NCBI GenBank assembly: GCA_041653835.1
Contig: JBAZEP010000003.1
Span: 3,812-67,811 of the forward strand
Source: Candidatus Omnitrophota bacterium
GTDB taxonomy: Bacteria > Omnitrophota > Gorgyraeia > Gorgyraeales > Gorgyraeaceae
Direction of reading: 5' to 3'
Length of the DNA: 64,000 nucleotides
Each line of letters opens with the position of its first letter. Positions within the stretch are counted from its first letter, which is position 1. The position numbers and the translations under genes are program-made. Of this stretch, positions 28,536-36,895 are shown one piece after another. Under the pieces are notes generated by a model. It was not told the DNA's origin. It searched no databases and worked only from the letters and a program-made list of their open reading frames with translations.

Positions 28536-28643
28536 GCAGGAATCGAAGGGAGACTGATAGATGCGACAAACAGGAGCATCTGCTTATCAGTCGAGTGGCC
28601 GACCCGCCGCAGGCGGGCGCCGATTCCTGCCAGGCGCACCATG
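28536..28643 (+). other. tRNA-anchored structured element A (anti-T-arm copy ... duplicated tRNA 3' end)
   Basis: 28536-28547 is the reverse complement of tRNA 28482-28493; 28621-28643 directly repeats 28484-28506; two internal hairpins. Confidence 0.85.
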
Positions 28644-28658
28644 AAGGAGAATTCTCAA

Positions 28659-30131
28659 ATGCAATATATACTCTCCATCGACCAGGGCACGACGGGAAGC
28701 AGGGCTGTTATTTATGATAAGCGCGGCAGGATAATAACAAGCGCGTACGAAGAATTCCCGCAGTATTTTCCAAAACCCGGATGGGTAGAACATGACCCTG
28801 AAGAGATATGGAAAAGCGTTAATAATTCTATCCAGAAAGTACTCAAAAAAATTCCAGCGGACAATATCAAAGGTATCGGCATTACAAACCAGAGGGAAAC
28901 AACGGTTTTATGGGACAGGGAATCCGGCAAGCCTGTTTATAACGCTATTGTATGGCAGTGCAGACGGACGGCTTCGAGATGCGAGGGGTTGAAAAGAAAA
29001 AGCGCCTTTTTCAGGAAAAAGACAGGCCTCCCCGTAGACGCGTATTTTTCGGCAACCAAGATAGAGTGGATATTAAAGAATGTAAAAGGGGTTTCGGAAA
29101 AAGCCAGGGCAGGGAAAATATTATTCGGCACGACCGACAGCTGGCTCTTGTGGAAACTTACCGGCGGAAAAGCCCACGCGACTGATTACACCAACGCGTC
29201 CCGCACAATGCTTTTCAATATCAAGGAGATGAAGTGGGACGCTGGAATATTAAGAGAATTTGAAATCCCGAAGCAGATCCTGCCCGAAGTCAAAAGCTCA
29301 TCGGGCATCTTCGGTTATACTGTAAGAACGGGAAGGCTCTTGGCCGGCATTCCCATATCGGGCATTGCCGGGGACCAGCAGGCGGCTTTGTTCGGCCAGG
29401 CATGCTTTGAGCCGGGCACCATGAAAAATACATACGGGACAGGATGTTTTATTTTGTTGAATACAGGCGCCAGAAGGATTATTTCGAAATACGGGCTTAT
29501 CACTACCCTTGGATGCGGAAATAACGGGAAGCCTGTCTATGTATTGGAAGGGTCAGTATTTATCGCGGGCGCGGCCATACACTGGATCAGGGACGGGCTT
29601 AAGCTTTTATCATGCGGATGCGAGTCCGAAAAGATGGCGCTTTCAGTCAAGGATAACGCGGGCGTTTATTTTGTGCCCGCTCTTACAGGGCTCGGCGCGC
29701 CTTATTGGGACCAGGACGCGCGCGGCGCCATATTCGGGATCACAAGAGGCACCAACGGGAATCATATTGTGAGAGCGGCGCTCGAAGCGATGTGTTATCA
29801 GACCCGCGATGTCCTGGAAGCCATGCGTAAAGATTCAGGGTTAAAAATAAAAAGCCTTAAGATAGACGGCGGCGCGTCCGCGAATGATTTTCTGTGCAGG
29901 TTCCAGGCGGATATACTGAGGATCAATGTAGTGAAGCCCAGGGTAACGGAAACTACGTCCCTGGGCGCGGCGTATCTTGCGGGCCTCGCGCTTGGATATT
30001 GGAAAGATACCAGCGAGATCAAGAGACTCTGGAAAAAAGACAGGGTTTTCATGCCTGAAATGTCAGGGGAAAAAGCGGATTCCCTATATAAAGGCTGGCT
30101 TGACGCTGTCAGGCGCACGCTTACTAGATGA
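28659..30131 (+). CDS. glpK: glycerol kinase
   Basis: IDQGTTGSRA, GITNQRET, DYTNASRT, GDQQAALFGQ and TYGTGCF motifs. Confidence 0.96.
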   Translation: MQYILSIDQGTTGSRAVIYDKRGRIITSAYEEFPQYFPKPGWVEHDPEEIWKSVNNSIQKVLKKIPADNIKGIGITNQRETTVLWDRESGKPVYNAIVWQCRRTASRCEGLKRKSAFFRKKTGLPVDAYFSATKIEWILKNVKGVSEKARAGKILFGTTDSWLLWKLTGGKAHATDYTNASRTMLFNIKEMKWDAGILREFEIPKQILPEVKSSSGIFGYTVRTGRLLAGIPISGIAGDQQAALFGQACFEPGTMKNTYGTGCFILLNTGARRIISKYGLITTLGCGNNGKPVYVLEGSVFIAGAAIHWIRDGLKLLSCGCESEKMALSVKDNAGVYFVPALTGLGAPYWDQDARGAIFGITRGTNGNHIVRAALEAMCYQTRDVLEAMRKDSGLKIKSLKIDGGASANDFLCRFQADILRINVVKPRVTETTSLGAAYLAGLALGYWKDTSEIKRLWKKDRVFMPEMSGEKADSLYKGWLDAVRRTLTR

Positions 30132-31567
30132 AGACATACGATGTAACGATAATCGGCGCGGGCGTGATCGGCACATCTATAGCCAGGGAACTCTCCCGCT
30201 ATAAATTAACCGTCGCGCTTATTGAAAAAGAAGAAGAACCTGCCTTTGGGGTCTCAAAATCGAATTCAGGCATTATCCATCCCGGGACGCAAAATCCTTC
30301 GCGTTCTTTAAAGGGAAAACTTTGCGTCAGCGGAAATTTTCTTATCAGGAGGATATCAAAAGAATTAGGATTGGATTTCAAGGAGACCGGAGAATTAATA
30401 ACGGCGTTTGACGAACCCGAGGCAAGAGAACTCCTGCGGATAAAAAAAGAAGCCGAGCTCCTCGGCGTGGCGGGACTGAAGATCGTTGACAGGGCGTGGC
30501 TCAGTGACAATGAGCCCAACCTGAATAAAGAAGCCTTTCGCGCGCTTTACGCGCCCTCAGCCGGGATAATAAGCCCTTACAGGCTTGTGTATACCCTGGC
30601 TGAAAACGCTGTTCGTAACGGCGTTGATATTTATACCGGCGCCACGGTAGAAAATATAATACGCGCAGGAAATGGTTTTGAGATAAATACCCCAAAGGTT
30701 TCCATCAGGTCCAGATATGTGGTTAATTCAGCGGGCTTGTTCGCGGATAAGATATCCGGCATGCTCGGGATAAATGATTTCAAGATCATGCCGCGTAAAG
30801 GCGAGGAGTTTATCCTGGACAAGAAAAAAGAAAATATCACAAGGCACCTTATTTTCCCTTTGCCGTCTAGGGTATCGAAAGGCGTTTTGATAATAAGGAC
30901 CGCGGACGGCAACCCCATGATAGGGCCTACCGCGGAAGATATCGATGACAAAGAAGACGTTTCTACCTCAGACGCGGGTTTCAGCAAAGTCCTGTCGGCT
31001 GCCAGGCGGCTGGTGCCGTCGATAAACGATAAGGATATAATAGCTTATTTCGCGGGCTTAAGGCCTGTAGCGGGAGATGATTTTATCATAAGGAACGAGG
31101 CTAAAGCAAAAGGATTTATAAATACCGCGGGTATCCAATCCCCCGGCCTGACAGCCGCTTCCGCTATAGCGCTTATGGTCGCGGGCATACTCAGGGATAA
31201 CGGCCTCGCGCTCAAAAAGAAATTGATATTCCGCGGCCATCGGAGAAAAACGGTCCATCTGCACGACATACCGTTTTCAAAAACAAAACACCTTATAAAA
31301 AAAGATCCCGCTTACGGTGACATTGTCTGCAGGTGCGAGATGGTTTCCGCGAAAGAGATCAGGGATGCCGTGAAGCAGGGAGCAAGGACAATGGATGGGA
31401 TAAAGTTCAGGACGCGCGCGCAGGCTGGAAGATGCCACGGCGCGTTTTGCACAAGCCGGATAATGAAGCTCCTTGCCGAAGAAACAAAAACACCCATTAC
31501 CGCCATAACAAAAAGAGGTAAAGGGTCGGAGATAGTAAAAATGAATAGAGGTTCAGCGGATGATTAA
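30128..31567 (+). CDS. FAD-dependent oxidoreductase with BFD-like [2Fe-2S] domain (GlpA/LhgO-like)
   Basis: IGAGVIG, NSGIIH, SPGLTAA and CRCE...GRCHGAFC; follows glpK. Confidence 0.85.
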   Translation: MKTYDVTIIGAGVIGTSIARELSRYKLTVALIEKEEEPAFGVSKSNSGIIHPGTQNPSRSLKGKLCVSGNFLIRRISKELGLDFKETGELITAFDEPEARELLRIKKEAELLGVAGLKIVDRAWLSDNEPNLNKEAFRALYAPSAGIISPYRLVYTLAENAVRNGVDIYTGATVENIIRAGNGFEINTPKVSIRSRYVVNSAGLFADKISGMLGINDFKIMPRKGEEFILDKKKENITRHLIFPLPSRVSKGVLIIRTADGNPMIGPTAEDIDDKEDVSTSDAGFSKVLSAARRLVPSINDKDIIAYFAGLRPVAGDDFIIRNEAKAKGFINTAGIQSPGLTAASAIALMVAGILRDNGLALKKKLIFRGHRRKTVHLHDIPFSKTKHLIKKDPAYGDIVCRCEMVSAKEIRDAVKQGARTMDGIKFRTRAQAGRCHGAFCTSRIMKLLAEETKTPITAITKRGKGSEIVKMNRGSADD

Positions 31568-32501
31568 GCGGGATTTGATTATAGTCGGAGGAGGGCCGGC
31601 AGGCATGGCCGCGGCGATCTCGGCACACGAGAGCGGCGTAAAGGATATACTGCTTATCGAGAGAGACCAGTATCTCGGCGGGATATTGAACCAGTGTATC
31701 CATACCGGGTTTGGCTTGAGTTATTTTAAAGAGGTTTTGACCGGCCCCGAATACGCGGCGCGATTTATCAAAAAGATCGAAGATATGGATGGGATAGATA
31801 TCAGTTTGAGATCAATCGCGGTTAAGCTGACTTCGGATAACGTACTTACATTCCTGAAGCCCGGCAGGCTGGAAGAAGTAAAGGCAAAAGCGATCATCAT
31901 GGCAACGGGCTGCAGGGAAAAAACAAGGGAGATGGTCCATATACAGGGTACAAGGCCGGCGGGTATTTTTTCAGCGGGCCTGGCGCAAAAATTAATGAAC
32001 ATAGAAGGCCTCCTGCCAGGCAGGGAAATAGTGATCGTGGGATCCGGGGATATAGGGCTTATTATGGCGAGAAGGTTTACGCTGGAAGGGGCGAAGGTAA
32101 AGGCTATCATAGAGATACGCAAAGAGACCAGGGGGCTTTTGCGCAACATGGCGCAGTGCGTGGAAGATTTTGACATACCTGTTTATTTTAATCATAAAAT
32201 TTCCAGGATTTACGGAAAAGACAGGGTGGAAAAAGTAAGCGTGATAAAAGTAGACGCGGATTCCAGTGAAATACCCGGCTCTCTGTTCGAGATAAAATGC
32301 GATACCGTGCTCGTATCTGTGGGGCTTATACCCGAGAACGAGCTTATAGAAGCCGCCGGGGTAAGGATAGAGGGGGACAGGACCTCGGCGCCCGGGATTT
32401 TTGTATGCGGGAATTCATTTAAGATATATGATATAGTGGATTCCGTGACCGAGGACAGTTTTTTGGCGGGCAAACTCGCCGCAGATTATATCCTAAAGTA
32501 A
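31560..32501 (+). CDS. NAD(P)/FAD-dependent oxidoreductase
   Basis: GGGPAG, GGILNQCIH.GFG, ATGCRE and GSGDIGLIMARR motifs. Confidence 0.85.
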   Translation: MIKRDLIIVGGGPAGMAAAISAHESGVKDILLIERDQYLGGILNQCIHTGFGLSYFKEVLTGPEYAARFIKKIEDMDGIDISLRSIAVKLTSDNVLTFLKPGRLEEVKAKAIIMATGCREKTREMVHIQGTRPAGIFSAGLAQKLMNIEGLLPGREIVIVGSGDIGLIMARRFTLEGAKVKAIIEIRKETRGLLRNMAQCVEDFDIPVYFNHKISRIYGKDRVEKVSVIKVDADSSEIPGSLFEIKCDTVLVSVGLIPENELIEAAGVRIEGDRTSAPGIFVCGNSFKIYDIVDSVTEDSFLAGKLAADYILK

Positions 32502-32534
32502 GATTTAAGACAATGTCTTAAATCTTACTTTAGG
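32492..32534. repeat. 43-bp perfect palindrome, family A variant, overlapping a stop codon
   Basis: CCTAAAGTAAGATTTAAGACA-A-TGTCTTAAATCTTACTTTAGG. Confidence 0.9.
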
Positions 32535-32546
32535 TAGGGAAAGAAT

Positions 32547-32906
32547 ATGACAACAAAAAAAATTACATGCATAGAATGCCCTAAGGGATGCGTGTTGGGC
32601 GTAGATATAGAGAATTGCAGGGTAGTAAAGGTCACGGGAAACGAATGCCCTAAAGGCGAAAAATACGCTGTTTCCGAGGCTGAGAATCCCATGAGGATAC
32701 TGACTGCCGTTGTCCGGGCCGCCGGTCTGGAATTAAAGATGATACCTGTAAGGACAGACAGGCCCATACCGAGATCCAGGATATTCGAGGCAATGGATGA
32801 GATCAAAAAACTCAAAGTAAACGGCCCATTAAATACAGGCGATGTTATTGTTAAGAATTTTATGGGCTTAGACGCGGATCTTATCGCTACGAGGAAAGTA
32901 AAATGA
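32547..32906 (+). CDS. DUF1667 family CxxC protein
   Basis: CIECPKGC...GNECPKG.KYA..E..NP.R; usual partner of this cluster. Confidence 0.85.
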   Translation: MTTKKITCIECPKGCVLGVDIENCRVVKVTGNECPKGEKYAVSEAENPMRILTAVVRAAGLELKMIPVRTDRPIPRSRIFEAMDEIKKLKVNGPLNTGDVIVKNFMGLDADLIATRKVK

Positions 32907-33340
32907 ATAAAGAGTTTTCCGCCGGAGCTGTTATTTTCAAAAGAGAGGCAGGCGATATATTATTCCTTGTTGTATACAGCGCCAGGAATAAGATATGGGG
33001 CTTTCCGAAGGGCCATATAGAGGCGGGCGAGACGGCGGAAGAGGCGGCTATGAGGGAGATAAAAGAAGAGACCGGGCTCAAAGATTTAAAATTTACGGAA
33101 GGGTTCGAAGGAAAGGTCGTGTACGAGACAATAAGCAAAAGGCCGCCATTTGAAGGCGAAAGGATAAAAAAATACGTGACATATTTTTTGTGCGGGATAC
33201 AAAATAAGGATATAATAACGGATGGCGCTGAAATAACAGATTTCAGGTTCGCGCCTTTAAACGAGGCAATCGGGCTTATCGGGTTCACGGACCTGGGCGG
33301 CATATTAAGGAGCGCTTATGATTTTTTGCAAAAGGCATAA
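32903..33340 (+). CDS. NUDIX hydrolase (Ap4A hydrolase-like)
   Basis: WGFPKGHIEAGETAEEAAMREIKEETGL Nudix box. Confidence 0.9.
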   Translation: MNKEFSAGAVIFKREAGDILFLVVYSARNKIWGFPKGHIEAGETAEEAAMREIKEETGLKDLKFTEGFEGKVVYETISKRPPFEGERIKKYVTYFLCGIQNKDIITDGAEITDFRFAPLNEAIGLIGFTDLGGILRSAYDFLQKA

Positions 33341-33899
33341 GTTTTTGATACTGGTCTTATCCGTTGTGTTTATGGGAGGATGTTCTGTCGCCCATGTGGC
33401 AGGGACCGCTGTAGGCGTGGCAGGCAAAACAGTTTATACGACAGCCAGGATTGTATGCAAGACCGCAGAACTCACCGGCAAAGGCGCCAAGACAGTGGTC
33501 AACATGGCGTCCGGCAGGCATATAGTAAGGCTTGCCAGGCGCGGGACCAGCCTTACGACGGGTGTCCTGCTGAACAGAAGGGTCATGACGGATCTGATAA
33601 TCGATACAGGAGCGGGCGAAACTGTAATATCCGCCGCGATTGCCAGAAAATTAGGAATACGCCTTAATAACTGCCGGACCGTACAGTGCCAGGTGGCTGA
33701 CGGCCGCACAGTGAACGGCAGGCAGGTAAATATAAGGGAAGTAAAGGTGGGAGGGGCAAGGGTCTCTAATGTACAGGCTGTTGTGCTGGATTCCGAGGAA
33801 ATGGGCAATGCCCCCGGCCTATTGGGAATGTCCTTTTTAGATAATTTCGTGTTCAAGATAGATACAGAGAAGCAGCTGCTGGTCCTTCAGAAAAGATAA
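33318..33899 (+). CDS. retropepsin-like aspartic protease lipoprotein
   Basis: Lipobox-like MGGC; IIDTGA and LLGMSFL motifs. Confidence 0.82.
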   Translation: MIFCKRHKFLILVLSVVFMGGCSVAHVAGTAVGVAGKTVYTTARIVCKTAELTGKGAKTVVNMASGRHIVRLARRGTSLTTGVLLNRRVMTDLIIDTGAGETVISAAIARKLGIRLNNCRTVQCQVADGRTVNGRQVNIREVKVGGARVSNVQAVVLDSEEMGNAPGLLGMSFLDNFVFKIDTEKQLLVLQKR

Positions 33900-33916
33900 T
33901 AAATCACACCAAGTTC

Positions 33917-33980
33917 TTGACTCTTCCTTTAAATATGGTATATTAATAGTAGTTGATAGTTAACTACCATTAACTATTAA
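33917..33980 (+). promoter_or_regulatory. promoter and probable MarR operator
   Basis: TTGACT (33917) and TATATT (33939); nested inverted repeats TTAATAGT/ACTATTAA and GTAGTT/AACTAC just before the marR RBS. Confidence 0.6.
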
Positions 33981-33991
33981 GGAGGTTTATT

Positions 33992-34447
33992 ATGAAGGTT
34001 TCCCTGCAGGATTTTTCCGAGCGCATAAACGACATTTTACCGATAATCATAAAAGAATTCACAAAACGCCAGCTCAACGAACTTTCCAAAGGCAGGATCA
34101 CGCTTCCTCAGTTCCTGATACTTGATTTCCTGGAAAGGAACGGGGAAGCGAAAATGAGCGCGCTGGCGCGTTTTATGTCCGTAAGCACCGCGGCAATGAC
34201 AGGCACGATAGACAGGCTTGTGAAACACGGGTGCGTCACAAGAGACTCGGAAAATTCCGACAGGCGTATAGTAAAGATCAGGCTCATGCCGAAAGGGTCG
34301 AGCATCATAAAAAAAATAAACAGCCAGCGCAGGCACATGATCATCGATGTGTTCGGCAGGGTTTCGGAGCGCGACAGGTCGGACTACCTCAGGATCTTGA
34401 CCAATATAAAAGAAGTATTATCCGAGAAAAATTATAAGGTAACATGA
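33992..34447 (+). CDS. MarR-family regulator
   Basis: ITLPQFLIL...LARFM.VS..AMTGTIDRLVK.G.V.R....DRR. Confidence 0.92.
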   Translation: MKVSLQDFSERINDILPIIIKEFTKRQLNELSKGRITLPQFLILDFLERNGEAKMSALARFMSVSTAAMTGTIDRLVKHGCVTRDSENSDRRIVKIRLMPKGSSIIKKINSQRRHMIIDVFGRVSERDRSDYLRILTNIKEVLSEKNYKVT

Positions 34448-35994
34448 AAAACATCATAGTTGTTTTATTAATAGCTGCTTTTTTACCGGCGTCCAACGGG
34501 ATCTCCTTTGCCTCGGATGTGAAAATGGACAGGGAGATGTCGGCGGCGGCCGACAGGCTTCTTTCTATCGCCTCGGGCGGCCAGAAGACTACACTGAGGA
34601 TGACCCTGGTGGACGTGATCGCTTATGCCCTGAAAAGCAACTCCGAGATAAAAATAGAAGGCATAAATCCCAGGCTTAAGAAACTCGACGTAAGCGTGGC
34701 AGGCGCGGATTTCGAGCCGGAGTTCAACGCGGAATATATGATGCATTATAACGCGGAAACAGCCACGTCCGGCCTGGCGGGAGCGGCTGTTTCCAAGATG
34801 AGGGACATAGATCTTTCAGCCGGCCTTTCCGGTAAACTTGTCACTGGCACGGAATACGCGCTGGAATTCATCGGAGAAAGATACAAAACCAATTCCAGCT
34901 ACCAGTCCATTAATCCGTATTACGCGTCCGAACCAAAGCTTACGATCACACAGCCTGTTTTAAAGGACGCCGGGATAGCGGTAAACAAGGCTGATATAAT
35001 GATCGCGCAGAACAACGAGACCCTCTCGGAGCAGTCATTTAAGAATACCGTAATGGATATCGTGACAAAGGCAAAGTCAGCTTATTATAATTATATTTAT
35101 TACAGGGACAATTATTCTATCGCAGCTTCTTCCCTGAAAAGGGCAAAAGACCTCGCCGCTATAAATAAACTAAGGTATGGCAAAGGGTTGATCAGTTCCG
35201 TGGACTTATTGGAAACGGAAACAGCCGTATCCCAACGAGAAAAGGCGCTCATTTCCGCGGAATCCAGCCTTAAAAAAGCTGAAGACGAATTAAAGGTGGT
35301 CACCAATATAGTGGATGACCCGTTCCTGTGGAACGCGGAGATAAAGGCGCTGGATATGCCGGAATATAAAAAAGAAAACCCCGACCTGGTGGCCAGCCTC
35401 CAGAACGCTTTTATCGCCAGGCCTGATTATCAGCAGGCGCGGCTCGATTTGAAAAACAGGGATATAAGGATAACTACGGCTAAAAACGCGCTTTATCCCG
35501 AGGTCGATCTGGTAGGAAGTTTCGGCATGAACGGGCTTGGCGGAGATTATCAGGAGTCGCTGGATAAGATAGGGCCCGAGTATAAGGACTGGAGCCTCGG
35601 GGTAAAATTCAGCATGCCGTGGGGCAGCGGCGATAGGGCAAAATATGAGCAGGTCCAGCTGGAAAAGGCGCAGGCATTGATCGCTTTTAAAAGACTGGAA
35701 CAAAATATAATTTTGGATGTAAGGGACAAGGTAAGGGAAGTGGATATCCAGTACAGGCAGGTCGCGGCTTCAGAACTTTCTATGGATAAGGAAAAAACGA
35801 ATTATGAAGCGCAAGAGGAGAGATACGCCGCGGGCCAGGTTTCCACGCACGACATGCTTGATTACCAGGATGCCCTCGCGCAGGCGGAACTGGATTACAC
35901 AAAGGCATTGATAGATTACAATATAGCCGGCATCAACCTTGAAAAGGCGGAAGGCTTGACATTGGAGAGGAACGATATTATATTGCAGTTATAG
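34444..35994 (+). CDS. TolC-family outer membrane efflux protein
   Basis: Signal peptide, two OEP-like halves, operon with MFP and RND genes. Confidence 0.88.
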   Translation: MKNIIVVLLIAAFLPASNGISFASDVKMDREMSAAADRLLSIASGGQKTTLRMTLVDVIAYALKSNSEIKIEGINPRLKKLDVSVAGADFEPEFNAEYMMHYNAETATSGLAGAAVSKMRDIDLSAGLSGKLVTGTEYALEFIGERYKTNSSYQSINPYYASEPKLTITQPVLKDAGIAVNKADIMIAQNNETLSEQSFKNTVMDIVTKAKSAYYNYIYYRDNYSIAASSLKRAKDLAAINKLRYGKGLISSVDLLETETAVSQREKALISAESSLKKAEDELKVVTNIVDDPFLWNAEIKALDMPEYKKENPDLVASLQNAFIARPDYQQARLDLKNRDIRITTAKNALYPEVDLVGSFGMNGLGGDYQESLDKIGPEYKDWSLGVKFSMPWGSGDRAKYEQVQLEKAQALIAFKRLEQNIILDVRDKVREVDIQYRQVAASELSMDKEKTNYEAQEERYAAGQVSTHDMLDYQDALAQAELDYTKALIDYNIAGINLEKAEGLTLERNDIILQL

Positions 35995-36018
35995 CGATAA
36001 ACGAAAAGGAGAGTTTTT

Positions 36019-36885
36019 ATGTCCAGATATATTTACCTGTTGTTTTTTATAACTATTTTTTCTGTTTCAGGGTGCGGCGAAAAAATAAAAGCCGCGAAAG
36101 AAGAAGCTATCCCTGTCAGGGCGGAAAAAGTGGCGCTGAGGGACATTCAGACGACCCTTGATTATTCGGGAAACATAAAAGCGCAGGAAGAGGCCGCTGT
36201 GTATCCGAAGGTAAGCGGCAAGATCCTGGAAAAAGTCAAAGAAGAAGGCGCTGTCGTGGAAAAAGGGGACATTGTCGCTTATATAGACAGGGATGAAGTG
36301 GGGTTTAAGTTTGAAAAAGCCCCTGTCGAGAGCCCTCTTACAGGGATCATCGGAAGGGTTTATGTGGATATAGGGTCCAGCGTCAGTCCCGCGACACCGA
36401 TCGCGCTCGTGGTCTATATGGATAATGTAAAAATAAGCCTTGATATCCCGGAAAAGTATTTGTCCAAAATTATGCTTGGCCAGTCCGCCGAGATAAATGT
36501 TGACGCTTACCCGGCCGAAACATTTAAAGGCGAGATCTCTAAGATAAGCCCTGTTGTGGATCAGGATACGCGGACAGCGCCTATTGAAATAAACATCAAG
36601 AATAAAGAGCATAAGCTTAAATCAGGCATGTTCGCCAGGGTTTCGCTTGTGATAGACGAACGAAAATCCGTTCCCGCTATATTAAAGGAAGCGATTATAG
36701 GCAGGGAACCTGATACGTATGTATATACCGTGCGGGAGGGGAAGGCGTTTTTAAAAAAGGTTTCACTTGGCTTGAGGCAGGACCAATATGTTGAAGTAAA
36801 AGAAGGGCTGGGGCAGGGTGAAGAGGTTGTGGTAATGGGCCAGCAGAGATTAAAAGACGCTGTCAGCGTAAAAACGGAAGAATAA
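36019..36885 (+). CDS. RND membrane fusion protein
   Basis: Lipobox VSGC, SPLTG, LKSGMFARV. Confidence 0.9.
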   Translation: MSRYIYLLFFITIFSVSGCGEKIKAAKEEAIPVRAEKVALRDIQTTLDYSGNIKAQEEAAVYPKVSGKILEKVKEEGAVVEKGDIVAYIDRDEVGFKFEKAPVESPLTGIIGRVYVDIGSSVSPATPIALVVYMDNVKISLDIPEKYLSKIMLGQSAEINVDAYPAETFKGEISKISPVVDQDTRTAPIEINIKNKEHKLKSGMFARVSLVIDERKSVPAILKEAIIGREPDTYVYTVREGKAFLKKVSLGLRQDQYVEVKEGLGQGEEVVVMGQQRLKDAVSVKTEE

Positions 36886-36895
36886 GGGGTCTATT

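Noticed and set aside
28504-28643. tRNA 3' duplications as attL/attR of a prophage or ICE
   Set aside because: Only ~115 bp separate the repeats, there is no integrase, and a simple scar does not explain the shared internal motif and host-matched antisense arm at two tRNAs.
28536-28643. Element A/B as a hammerhead or theta (HDV-like) ribozyme, or as an extra tRNA
   Set aside because: The CTGATAG in A is not kept in B, I could not build an HDV double pseudoknot by eye, and there is no D or anticodon arm. An Infernal scan is needed to exclude this formally.
28641-28658. Track start codons for glpK (28641), 5185, 43342, 48613 and 60702
   Set aside because: These upstream starts fall within or just before structured repeat elements; downstream ATGs match the RBS or the family N-terminus better.
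28659-32906. glpK + FAD oxidoreductase + NAD(P)/FAD oxidoreductase + DUF1667 cluster
   Set aside because: A common arrangement in anaerobes; not novel.
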